DNA of 64,000 nucleotides from assembly GCF_009914755.1 (NCBI RefSeq), contig NC_060944.1. One strand, given 5' to 3'. Position 1 is the first letter of the stretch; each line of letters begins with the position of its first letter. The notes under the pieces were generated by a model that was given only the letters and a program-made list of their open reading frames with translations, ran no database searches and was not told the origin of the DNA. The translations under genes and the position numbers were made by a program. Shown in pieces: positions 52,061 through 64,000 of the stretch. The DNA is from the human T2T-CHM13v2.0 reference genome, Homo sapiens.

Positions 52061-52194
52061 CTGCCACCCCCTGCATCAAGGCCATCAGCCCCGGGGAGGG
52101 CTGGACCACGGGCGGCGCCACCGTCATTGTCATCGGCGACAACTTCTTCGACGGGTTGCAGGTCGTGTTCGGAAACGTGCTCGTGTGGAGCGAG
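52061..52194 (+). CDS. EBF4: EBF4 exon 9 (134 nt), IPT/TIG domain
   Basis: gcctcccAG|CT GCC ACC ... AGC GAG|GTgggc; (A)[44 protein letters not shown]. Confidence 0.96.
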
Positions 52195-52287
52195 GTGGGC
52201 CAACCCCGCCAGTCTCCCTCTGGGCCTAGGGGCTGGGCCCTCCCCTCGCCGGTGCGGGACCTGCAGGCCTCCCCTCTCCCCTCGCAG

Positions 52288-52414
52288 CTCATCACGCCCC
52301 ACGCCATCCGGGTGCAGACGCCCCCGCGGCACATCCCCGGGGTGGTGGAGGTGACCCTCTCCTACAAGTCCAAGCAGTTTTGCAAGGGATGCCCCGGCCG
52401 CTTTGTCTACACAG
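52288..52414 (+). CDS. EBF4: EBF4 exon 10 (127 nt), IPT/TIG domain
   Basis: cctcgcAG|CTC ATC ... ACA G|GTaagg; [42 protein letters not shown]. Confidence 0.96.
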
Positions 52415-53938
52415 GTAAGGAGTCGGGCGGGGGAGTGGAGGTCTAAGGTGCGCGGAGGGAGCCCCACCCTGCGCACTGGTCTCCGTTCTTGGTGATAGGA
52501 GTTAGCCGAGCTCTACGCTGTGGCCACGACCCCTAGACGGCCCCGGGCCCCTTTAACCACCTATGCCTGTGATCGCTCCGCTCGCAGGACCGTCTTTCCC
52601 TGGCTCTGTGTGTTTCCCTCCCTGGCCTCTGGCTCCTTAGTCCCTTCCCCGGGGCAAAGTCCCCGCCACAACCAACATTCTTACTCCCTCAGCCATCTCA
52701 CCTCCTGAACATTGTGTCTCCCGCCCGCACTCTCCAGGGTTTAGAGCCTCTCCAAAGGGATGTTTATTCCAAAGATGCCAATGGGGTCGCTGCTCCCCGA
52801 ATCTTCTCTGGGTCTCTTGGTTCCCCCACGCTACCCCAGGCCTCACTCTGCATGTACACGCACACACACGTGCGTACATACACACCCCTTGCACGACGCC
52901 AGGGCGAGCAGTGAACACACGTGGAGAGGCAGTGTAGAACCCCCCAGCCTGGCTCTATTTGGCCGCTGGCCGAGTCTTCTCCATTTCCATCCTCCCGCCC
53001 CGCCCCAGCTGAGCCACCCACTTCTCCTCTCCACCCCACCGCAGTCCCCACCATCGCGCAGCCCCCCGCACCGATGCTCATCGAGCCCTTCGAGGGACAC
53101 TCGGTAGTGACCCTACTTAGCCTCCCCGGAGCTCCAGTCTAACGCGGAAAGGCTGAGCAGAGAACCGCATGGGGTGGGTGGGGTCACGCGGTCAAGGGGC
53201 TGACAATCAAGGAAAACCTTTGGTAGGGAGTGCCTGCTGAGCCCGGCTCAACCGAAACCCGAGGGCTGAGTGGGGAGGTTGACCTGGGGAAGGAAGGGTG
53301 GTTGCAGAAGGAATGATAAGGACCGATCCCCAGAAGTGAGTGCTTTCTCTTTGCCGGGAAACTAAAGGAAATCCACTAAGTCAGGATCAGAGGTGAAGGT
53401 AGGGCTCTGAGACTGGTGGATTAGGTCGGGGCCAGGCTATCTGAAAAGGGCGGTGCGGGGATCAGGAAAAGGGGAAGGAGGAGGAGAAGGGCGTGGGGAG
53501 CTGGGTCAGACGCGCATACACACACACACCCCTTGCACAACGCCAGGGTAAGCAGTGAACACAACACACGTGGAGATGCAATGTAGAATCTGGCCGCTGG
53601 CCGGATCTTCTCTACTTCCATCCTCCCGCCCCAGCCCAAGCCACCCACTTCTCCAGTTGCTTCCCTGGGGTGCATGCAAACCTCTAGCCTTCAGATGCTG
53701 CAGAGAGTCCACTTGAGCCGTGATAAATGGAGATTGTTAAGTTTTTTCTTTTTTATAATAAACTCCTGATTTGACCAGATGAAAAGAGAAAACTCTCCAT
53801 CGAGTCCTGCCCTTAGGACTATAACTCATATGTGTATACGGTTTCCCTTTTTTCTAATCACAAATGGGTGCATGTGTGTTCATACCAAGCGCCTAGGGCC
53901 GAGGACAGAGGCTGGCTCAGTAAATATTTGTTGAGTAA

Positions 53939-54283
<345 letters not shown>

Positions 54284-54362
54284 TGAGGAGGGGCTCCCGA
54301 GGGCCCCTTGGTCGCCCCCAGGGGCTGCCCCTCCGTCCCGCTGTCTCTCCCCCTGTCCCCAG

Positions 54363-54428
54363 GAAGTGCTGCTGAAGCGGGCGGCCGACTTGGCAGAAGC
54401 CCTGTACGGAGTGCCCGGCAGTAACCAG
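54363..54428 (+). CDS. EBF4: EBF4 exon 12 (66 nt), HLH helix 2 copy 1
   Basis: tgtccccAG|GAA GTG ... AAC CAG|GTatgg; EVLLKRAADLAEALYGVPGSNQ. Confidence 0.96.
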
Positions 54429-54526
54429 GTATGGCGCCTCCGCCCTCCCAGCGCCGCCGGGACCGGGGCCCCCCAGCACGCGGCGCCCGCGGCTGCCCCG
54501 GCCGTGCCCCGCTCTTGTCTTCGCAG

Positions 54527-54704
54527 GAGCTGCTCCTGAAGCGCGCGGCGGACGTGGCCGAGGCTCTGTACAGCACCCCCCGCGCACCCGGGCCGCTCGC
54601 ACCCCTGGCCCCGAGCCACCCACACCCCGCCGTCGTGGGCATCAACGCCTTCAGCAGCCCGCTGGCCATCGCCGTCGGGGACGCCACCCCGGGGCCCGAG
54701 CCGG
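54527..54704 (+). CDS. EBF4: EBF4 exon 13 (178 nt), HLH helix 2 copy 2
   Basis: tcttcgcAG|GAG CTG ... CCG G|GTgcgt; ELLLKRAADVAEALYSTPRAPGPLAPLAPSHPHPAVVGINAFSSPLAIAVGDATPGPEP. Confidence 0.95.
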
Positions 54705-54797
54705 GTGCGTGGGCCGCGCCTCCCCGCCATCCTCGGGCGCCGCCACCGCCCCTCCCCGGCCGGCACCGCCCCCTGACGGCCGCGCTCTCTCTCGCAG

Positions 54798-54986
54798 GCT
54801 ACGCGCGCAGCTGCAGCAGCGCGTCCCCCCGCGGGTTCGCGCCCAGCCCCGGCTCGCAGCAGAGCGGCTACGGCGGCGGCCTCGGAGCTGGCCTGGGCGG
54901 CTACGGCGCGCCGGGCGTGGCCGGCCTCGGCGTGCCTGGGTCCCCCAGCTTCCTCAATGGCTCCACCGCCACCTCGCCCTTCGCCA
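54798..54986 (+). CDS. EBF4: EBF4 exon 14 (189 nt), Ser/Gly/Pro-rich region
   Basis: ctctcgcAG|GC TAC GCG ... GCC A|GTgagt; (G)YARSCSSASPRGFAPSPGSQQSGYGGGLGAGLGGYGAPGVAGLGVPGSPSFLNGSTATSPFA. Confidence 0.94.
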
Positions 54987-57900
54987 GTGAGTGTCCCCCG
55001 CCCGCGAGGGAAGGTCTGGGGCCGGGGAGCGGAACGGGACTCAGCCCCGCCCCCGCCCATCCCGGAGAGGTTGGGGCGCCGGCGCCGTGAGAGTCGACCC
55101 TGGCTCAGCCCTCGGGGTCAGGCCCACCGTCCCCGCCTGGGACCTCCCCTGCCGCAGAACCTCAACCCCACCCCTAGGCTGCACATCCCGGGGTCCTGGG
55201 GCCAGAGTACTCCGTGCACTTTTAGCCTTCTTTGCCGGTCCGTTATGCACATCGCTTCTAGGCCTCCGGTCCCCCTGAAGTGGGCTCTAATGGGTGGCGG
55301 GCGTCCATCTGAAACCTGGGACACCGCCCCCTTCCCATCTCGCGCCCGGACTTGGGGAGGAGGCTGGCGCCGCCTGCCGGAAGCCTAAGGAAACTCAGGG
55401 CTCGAGGGAAGCCGGCTTCCAGCCGCCCCCCAGCTCCCAGGACTCCAGAGGCCAGGTGGGCGTGGGGAGGATGTGGTCCCCGCGATGTCGTCCGGCAGAG
55501 CGAGCGAGTTCTGTGTGATCAGACAGAATTTGAGTTTCAGTGTCCAAATCAGGAGCTGCCGGGCATTCAGCAAGTTACTTATTTGAACTTGTTTCCTCGC
55601 AGTCAAATAGGGTCAATTCCACCCCCTGCTTAAGGTTGATCTCGGATCTGAATGTGCCACTGTGCCTAAAGGGCCAGTGTGTGATTTCAGAGTCCCAGCC
55701 CTGACTGTGGGCGCTGACCACATCCCATCTGGCTTCTTAGAGTGGGGAGCTCAGAGCTGGGTGGACAGGCAATGTCTGCATGTCATGAGTGAGTGACCTT
55801 CCGAACGGCTTTGATGCCTTGTCATTTTACACTGCCCTCAAGACTCTTCCATCATCAAGTTCCAGATCAGCATGTTCACAGCTCTTTTTAGCTTAGCTAT
55901 TCAGCAGGCATTTATAAAGCGCCCACTGTATGCAAAGCCCAGGGCTTGGGGGATCCCCCCACTCCTGTCACCTGCAAGAAGCCTCCCTATCAATCATAAG
56001 AGAGATTGTCCCTGAAGTCCCAGGCGACTCTGCCGAGCTGGAGAGGTGGTGAAGGCTGTCCCAGAAGGAACTGGTCATGGCTTTGCCCGTGGTGCCCTCT
56101 CCTCTCCCTGTCCCATATTTGCCATTGCCGAGACTGCACTGTCTGTCCACCAGCCTGGCTTTCCTTGCAGGGCGTGTGTCCTGCCTGCTTTCTGGCTGAA
56201 GGCTTGAGCCTGGCCCTGTCCTCTGGCCTGGGCTCAACTTCTGGGACCCAAGGCCCCATAAGCCAGAGTCCACATAGGCCATGGCCTTCTGGTGTCCCTC
56301 CCAAGGCCCCTGCCTCTCCTGGCTCTTTGCTCAGGCCAGGATTGACTGCTCCTCCTTCCCTTCAGTTCTGGGGCAGTACCCTCACAGCCTCTCTGTGGGC
56401 ACCCCCTTGGTTTTGAAACTTTCCCCTTGGGCCCACACTGGTGGGGGTATGGAACATCACATACACTGTGGTCAACAGTAGAGGAACACTCTGCCCCAGT
56501 GTGCAGAACCCAGCCCAGCTGGGGTCTTCTGATTCAGCAAGAAGATCAAGAATTCTAGAGCTGCTTAAACCCAGCATCAGCTGGAGACACACTGGACTTG
56601 AGGGAGGGTTGGTCCCATTTCATGATATTGTCTTGACCGAGGCTTACCCAGGTACCCTTCCACTCCCCACGTTCAGGGTGCTTTGTGGCCCGACTCCAAG
56701 GGGTGTCATTCTCATTGAGTTTGCGAGAACATTCCTGGAGTGACATCAGAACTGCCCCAGCCAGAGGCTCAGGGGCTGTTTGCTTGGGTCTCTCTTTGTT
56801 TTTCTGCTTCAGCCACCAGCAACCCTGGAATGAATCACAACTCCCCACACTACCTACCCAAGGTACAAAATGTGGCCGTGAGCCCTGGGCATTGAGAGCT
56901 ATAGTACATTTTCTGGCATTGGTCTCAAGCCCTTCATCGGGCTCTGGGGCCTCTCCAGCTGGCAGTAACTGTTGTCTTAAAGGAGATGAGGCTGAGAGCA
57001 TTTGGAAGAGGGGCAGCTGTTGAAGGCATTCTTGTATCAAGGGAGGTAGGAGGGCCCTCTGATGCCAAAGGCAGCCTTCTCAGGCTATTGCTTTCTTCCA
57101 GGAAGCCCCACCCACCCCACTGCCTGCTGCCTGGACAATACTCAGATCACAGCCTTACCAGTCTTTACAGGAGAGAGGCAGGGAATTGGGTTCAGATGAG
57201 GATGTAGAAAGGTGGGATCCAGCGATGCCCCAGGCCTGAGCCCCCAGGAGAGGAGGCTGCAGGAAGAGGGGGCAGGCAAAGTCTGTGTGCAGGAGGCTCC
57301 CTTGCCATTCCCAGGAGGGCAAGCCGCAGCCTGGGTGGCTAGGGAGTTTGAGAGCAGGAAGATCTGAGGATGTACATCCCTGCAATTTGCTTTAAAATTG
57401 ACCAGCTGGAAGTGGGAGATTCAGGAGACCCCCCCCCCCCCACAGGGCCCAGGCTGGAGATGACAAGGACCTGCATTAAGCTGTAAGGAAACAAAGTACC
57501 CCAGGGTGCAGGGGGAAGTGGGAGAGGGACAGAGGAGCATAGGGAACATTGGCAAGGAGAGCATATTTGAGGAGGAAGTTGGAGTGCTGTTTGTGATGCT
57601 GGGCAGAGAGGCTTATAACAGGAGCCTGTGCGTTCCCCCAAACTTCATCCCTAACTACTTGTTCCAGCTCTTCTGTGACTCCTGAACTATGACTCTAGCC
57701 TTGGCACCCCAAGCAAGGCTCATAAATGTTTCCTAGCATCTCAGAATCCCAGGGGTTTTCAGCAGAAATCCTGAAGTAGTCCAGCTGTTGCTCATCTCAT
57801 TTTTGGGGGGTACCTCCCACTGTTTGTTTTTTTTGAATGTTCTGGTTTTGCTTTTGTCTTTACCTGGTCTGGCCCTGTCATCCCCAGCCCCGAGAAAAGG

Positions 57901-58088
57901 TCTCCAGAACCGCTGAGAGGTCAGGGCTGGCCCAGGACCCTCACAGCTCCCAGTGAGATCTGAGCCTGGTACCTGTGTCAGCAGCCCATGTGGGGCCCCA
58001 GCCAAGCTGCTCACTCTGGTGCTGTCTCCCTGTTGTGTCTCCCACCACCTTCCCTGCTGCGCCTGCCCCTCCCCGCCCCGCCCCGGAG

Positions 58089-58286
58089 TCATGCCCTCTA
58101 GCCCCCCGCTGGCGGCTGCCTCCTCCATGTCCCTCCCGGCCGCTGCCCCCACCACCAGCGTGTTCTCCTTCTCGCCTGTCAACATGATCTCCGCCGTCAA
58201 ACAGAGGAGCGCCTTCGCCCCCGTGCTGCGCCCCCCAAGCTCCCCACCCCAGGCCTGCCCCAGAGCCCACGGAGAGGGGCTTCCAG
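58089..58286 (+). CDS. EBF4: EBF4 exon 15 (198 nt), C-terminal activation region
   Basis: ccccgGAG|TC ATG CCC ... CCA G|GTgagt; (I)[65 protein letters not shown], containing the COE-conserved FSFSP..MISAVKQ.SAFAPV motif. Confidence 0.92.
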
Positions 58287-60023
58287 GTGAGTGATCCACC
58301 CTGCCTCACTGTGGCAGGAAGGAAGGGCCCTTGTGGAGCAGCTGGGCTACAGGGGCCTGCTCTGTCCACATCTCACCAGTGCCTCATGCTGGCTAACCTG
58401 CTCTTCTTGGAGGACGGAGAGCAGGGAGCTCTGCTGGGGTCCAGGGAGGTCCCTCTGGCCCCCTCTGCCCTGGCCTCCCAGCCTGGGATGGTCACCATTC
58501 TGGATGCTCTCAGTTGACCACTTGGCCAAGGGGAAGAGACTCAAATCACAGTTGATGAGGTCTAGAAACTACCCCAACACTCCATCCCCATCCAGCTGAG
58601 CCCAGAGCAAAGACCCTCAGAGCTGGTGGGCTGCACGCCTGTACCTGTGCCTCCCTGTGTCCACCAGAGGGTAGCACACACCACTGTGAGGGACTGGGTC
58701 GCTGACCATGGAAGGGGACTGACCTTAGAAGAGGCTTAGCCCAGCTTCCCTCCCCGCATTTTACAGATTAGGACTTGAGACCAAGTCATCTTCCCACATC
58801 CCATTCATGAAATGGCTGTTCTCTCACTTTACCCATGTGCAGCAGAACCTTTGAACCAGCAGAGCCTTTCCTATCCACGTGGTGATTGGAAACTCACTGG
58901 GAGGACAGAGGAAGGGACTGGCTGTGGAAAAGGAGGAGGCAACAGGATGTGGGTGGGGCAGAACAGGTCCTTGTTGATGGGGATGGTGGGGGCCAGGGCC
59001 AGTGTCTTCCCTAAGAGGCTTACAGGTGTTTTCTTTTCTGGCTAAGGGATGCTTCCACGGGATCCCCTAGGACTCAATCTGGCATGCAGCAGGTGTTTAA
59101 TAAATAGTCAAATTATTGAATGAATATATGAGTCAGAAGGGCACCGTTCACACCCACACAGAAGGCTGCAGTGCAGTTTGTGGGGCACTGATCTGGAAGA
59201 GGTTGGGTTAGAGCACGTCCTATTGAGTATTCCCCAAGACAATAATGGGTCAGAGCAACAGAGCATTAGGAAAGAATCAGTGTTGAAATTACGTAAGTGG
59301 CTACTGAAGAATTTGTCAGAGCCTTTCATGTGCCAGGGTACGTTGTGAACCTTCTAGGAAACAGGAGATGCAAATTTATTTGAGCACAAAAATGTATTTT
59401 TCTAACAGCATCTTGAGATTAGTTCCTGGGGAATGACCTTGAGATGCAGGAAGAGACACCCTCATGGTTTCCTCAGCCTGATGTAGGGGCTGATCAGGCT
59501 GGGATGCCTATCACAAGAGCAAGGCCAGTGGCTTGGGCCCCAGAACCATCTCCAAATCCAAGGCAGGGGCAGGTGGGGCAGCCTCCAGGCTGAGACAGGG
59601 GAGGGGGCTGTGGAAAATGCTCTATGGAGCCTCTGTGCTCCAGGGTCCCTGTATGAGAGTCCGGGGACGCTGGAAAGAGGATGGGAAAGCTCAGGGCCTG
59701 GGAGAACAACTGAGGATGATACATGTCCGCAGCGTCCCACAGAATCGGCTACCCTGAGGGCAGTCAGAGCAACTAGGTGCAGCCCAGAAGCTTCTGAGAA
59801 CTGTGCTGATGCCCTGCCCTGCACACAGAATGGGGTCCCTTCCCACCAGGGAACCCCCTCTGCACAGTTCAGGCAGGCCTGTGATGGTGACTCAAACAAT
59901 AACAGACTTTTGTGCCAGGGAGGGCGGGAGGGCAAGGGGGCTGCTTGGTGACCCATCCAGAGGGTAGCCCATATTCAGGGAAGGACTTGCCCAAGCAAGG
60001 TTTGAAGAAGGCAGGGGTTCTTA

Positions 60024-60464
<441 letters not shown>

Positions 60465-61370
60465 TTATTTAACTCATCAGTGAGGGAGCTAACAGGATGA
60501 CAGAGCGGCTTAAAGGAGACAGTGAGAGACTGAAGCCAGTAAAACAAGGAGGGCTGGAATAAGATTGCTGGCTGCAAACTGCTTCTACAGAGCAATAAAC
60601 TTGTAACCTTCCTCTGGGGACTGTCTTTTCTACCAATGAGAAGTCATCAGCCATTTCTCAGCCTCCTCCAAGTGAACATCCATCCAACCGAGCAAAGCCT
60701 GGGCCCTAGCCAGTAGCGTGAAGTCAAAAGACGTCACATGCCCCAGAATAAGATGACTCTTAAGATGGGCTTATTTGATAATGCTCTACGGTGGCTTTGA
60801 AAGGATACACAGTCACTTTTTTTGCCTTATTTCCAAGTTTTGGATAATTTTTCTTAGGTGTGTCTGGAGCTTAGAATGTGAAGGATGGAGAGAACAGAGG
60901 GTCACCAATTTCTCCTGCCAGCAAAGAGAACCATGGGAGGGGGTCAGGTAGGGGTGGGGAGTGGTGGAGTGACAAACTTCGTAGGTGTGGGAGGCACAGA
61001 GGATGCTGTTGTGGGTATGTCAGTCAGTATTCCTGGAGGCTGGCCTCTTTCCTTTTCTGCCCTGGTACATGGCCATGCGCTTGAGGAAGCAGATGGGCCC
61101 TCTGAAGGAGGCCACCCTGGGAGAAGGAGCCTGGGGTCGTCTCTCTCTTGAGGGAGGTAGGGAGCAAGGGCGTGGGCTGCATCCCCTGAGCATCTGAGAG
61201 GCACCCCTCACCCCGATCTGCAGTGCTGCCATGGGCCAGGGCTAGGGATGGCTGACTGCCTTCAGAAAGTGCTATATCCCCTGCCTGCTGTCTCCAGCCC
61301 AGAGAGTGACAGGCAGGTGGCTTCCCAGGTGGCACATGGCTTATGGCTCCTTTTTCCTTGACTACTGCAG

Positions 61371-61441
61371 ACCAGTCTTTTGAGGATTCTGACAAGTTCC
61401 ACTCTCCAGCCCGGGGGCTTCAGGGCCTGGCATACTCCTAA
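61371..61441 (+). CDS. EBF4: EBF4 exon 16 coding part to stop (exon continues to 61446)
   Basis: tttttccttgactactgcAG|AC CAG TCT ... TAC TCC TAA ttacg|GTaggt; (D)QSFEDSDKFHSPARGLQGLAYS*. Confidence 0.9.
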
Positions 61442-61729
61442 TTACGGTAGGTCTCTGGCTGGGTCTGGCCTCCCCCGCCCCACCTGGCCCTGAGATGTGC
61501 TTGCTCTCTAAAGGCCTTCATCCTGTGCTCAAGCCTCCCCGCTAGCAGCCCCACAGGGATGGGGAGCTGGGGTCCAAGTCTTCCTCCCCGGGGCCCATCT
61601 AGACAGCTTTCTGAGGTACTTGGCCCACCCCAGTAACCCAAGCTGACCAGGTAGAGAGAAGTGGCTTCCTGTCCCCTGGCAGCCAGCCTTCCTCCCCGAC
61701 CTTCTTCTCTCCCTCTCTCGCCCCACCAG

Positions 61730-62545
61730 GTCTGCAGCTGTTCCCATGGAGCCCGGACTGGAGGTCCCTCTGGGATTCACAGCCACACCCCGGATGGTGG
61801 CACAGACAGATGCAGGGCCAGGGCCATGGGCGGACCTCAACCCGTGAGCTGAACGGGGAGAGGCCTTCACCCCATGCTCAAGCCTCCCCGCTAGCAGCCC
61901 CACAGGCTTCTCTCGCCTCCCTGTCTTGGGGTAGTCAGAAGCCCCAGCACTGTGCAGATGCTCTTGGCAGGACAGCATCGCAGGGAGGTGCTGGGATTCT
62001 GGGCCTCACTGTCTGGGTCTTGGTTCCTCTGAAAGAGATGGATCTTGTGCAGACCAGGGTTGTTGAGTGAGGGGAGCGTGGGATGGGGACCGTGGGAAAG
62101 AGGACAGCTCAGGGAGAAGTGACCTGGAAAGGTCCTGTTTGCATCTGACCCATCTCAACTGGCCCAGCATCCCAACTTCTCTGCAGCGAAAGGGTGGCGC
62201 CCCGCAGCCTCGGGAGGCCTGCCCAGGCTCCCGTGGAGCTTCCAACAGCTGCTTGGCCCCGCAGCTGCCCCCACTTCCTTTGAGACCTGCACTCTCATGC
62301 TTGCCGCATCATGCCTCCCTGTGGGGGCTTTGGGCATGGAGGAGGCAGAAGAGGGGGTGCCAGGCCTCCTGTATTTGGGGTCTTCCCCCAGTGGATGTCT
62401 CATGGACTCTGGCCCCACACACTCACAATGACTCTGGCTGGCCCCACGCAGCGGGCCCAGCCGCCCCCCAGGTGGCCTCACATTCTGCTCTGCTAAGTTT
62501 GGAGAAAACAGAACAATAAACCAGATGCAGGTGGTGCCCGCCCGG
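61730..62545 (+). other. EBF4: EBF4 terminal exon 17 (3' UTR)
   Basis: Strong acceptor cttcttctctccctctctcgccccaccAG|G pairs with the donor at 61447; ends after AATAAA at 62515 (cleavage site approximate). Confidence 0.8.
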
Positions 62546-62580
62546 CCTCTCACCTGCCTCCTTGGTGTGAGTTTGCTTTT
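62515..62580 (+). terminator. Polyadenylation signal AATAAA with downstream GU/U-rich element
   Basis: AATAAA at 62515-62520; ttggtgtgagtttgctttt at about 62562-62580. Confidence 0.8.
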
Positions 62581-63799
62581 CTTAGCAGTTCAGCAGCTCT
62601 AGGGGAGGCTCCAAACCCTGCCCCCGGGGAGCCCTCTTGCGCCTCGGGCTTTTTAAGCAGCCCCAGAGTTCGACTAAAGCAAGTATTCCCTGCCCCACGT
62701 CTGTTCTTGGGGACTGTTGGGGGAGGGGGAGCAGGCTAGCAGGCCTGAGCTCTGCCTGGGAGCATAATAGGGCCACTGAGGACTCAGCTGCCCAGCTCTC
62801 CAGTCAAGATCAAAGTGGTGGTTGTCAGGACATTGCTGAGAACCAGGACAGACCAAACCAAATATGACCCAGATGTCCAGAGGCTCAGAAATTAGATCCA
62901 ATCCAACACAGAGGCTGCAGGGCCACGCCTGGGCTGGGTGGGGCAGCTTGTGGCTCCCAGGGCTGTTTATCTGAGCTGCACCCCAATCCCATCCCACGGC
63001 CCCCACCCCCAGGCCTAGGCACCTTACGGCTCACCTGCCTCAGAGTTTGGGTGGAAGGAGGGTAAGGAGGCAAGATTCCTATGCCCATTCGCTCCACCAC
63101 CCACCCCTCTAGGATGAGTCCCAGTTGTCCCCCTGAGATATGTCCCCTGGATGATGGTCTGGCTGTCTGACCCTGAAAGCCACTTTTTTGACCCATGATC
63201 CGGTGAGCCCCGTGTCTAGCCCCAGGCCTCAGGCTTTCCTCTTTCTCTTCCTGGCCCTGCTCCTGGGCTCTGGCCTCTGGACACCCTGGCCCTTTCAACC
63301 CATGCGTCCATGACCTGCAAATGCAGCCTTCTGGACAGGCACACTTGCCAGGGCACATGGGCTGGTCCTGTCTTTCAGAGGCCTCTACTTCTTTCTCTGG
63401 TGTTCTTGGCTAGCACCTGGGATTCATCTCTCCTGGACACAGGGCAAGAGGTCATGCTGCCTTCTGGTCATCCTGTCCCATTCTCAGTGCTTGCGTGGCC
63501 TCCCACTCAGAGCACCAAAGCCTGCCTGCCCACGCCCTGCTTTATTTGGCTCTGAGCAGCTCCCATTGCCCAGGGCCCTCCCAGCTGAGGCCCTGCAAAG
63601 TTCTAATCTGCACTGGACACAGGTGATAACTGGATAGTGGTCACACTCTGGTTCCCAGGATGGGTCAGGTGCCATGGTGGATATAAATGAGACATGATGT
63701 CTGTCCCTAACAATCCCACAATGCTGCTCAAGCCACCATTTGAGTCCACACTGTCCTTTTCCTTCATCCACAGCAGACATAGCTAACCAGTTACCATGT

Positions 63800-64000
63800 T
63801 TGCAATGGCCTGGATTGTGCCTCCCTAAAATCCATATGTTGAAGCATTAACCTCCCATGTGACTGTATTGAGGATGGAGCCTTTAAGGAGGTGATTAAGG
63901 TTGGACGAGGTCATCAGAGTAGAGTCTTGATCCAATAGAAGTTGTGCTCTTATAAGAAGAGGAAGAGACACCAGAGTGCACTCTCTCTGTCAGGTAAGGA
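63800..64000 (+). mobile_element. MaLR LTR (MLT1A/MST-like), truncated by the window edge
   Basis: ccctaaaatccatatgttgaag...gcctttaaggaggtgattaagg...ttataagaagaggaagagacaccaga. Confidence 0.78.

Overview
Primate (apparently human) genomic DNA covering most of EBF4 (early B-cell factor 4 / COE4 / Olf-1/EBF-like 4) on the + strand. Exon 1 is upstream of the window; exon numbers follow the EBF paralogs. I traced 15 coding exons (2-16) with GT-AG boundaries and continuous phase: 1672 nt, giving the last base of a split Ser codon, 556 codons and TAA at 61439-61441. They encode the COE DNA-binding domain with zinc knuckle, an IPT/TIG domain, an HLH with the duplicated helix and a Pro/Ser/Gly-rich tail. 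A non-coding last exon follows, with AATAAA at 62515. Intron 6 (38.9 kb) is packed with Alu, L1, L2, MaLR and DNA-transposon fossils, and exons 8-14 lie in intragenic CpG islands. Nearly all other ORFs in the track are repeat-derived or GC-shadow noise. I found no second gene, RNA gene, CRISPR or other wholly new system. The best leads are inferences: (i) a 2x2 splice-encoded C-terminal frame switch with predicted differential NMD (exons 15-17); (ii) an exon 2-6 back-splice circle that would be a stop-free 140-codon ring; (iii) two 93-nt in-frame, stop-free introns; (iv) POU/MEF2/homeodomain motif clusters and palindromic EBF sites in introns; (v) two local direct duplications. Repeat family names come from recalled consensus motifs, and their coordinates are approximate.
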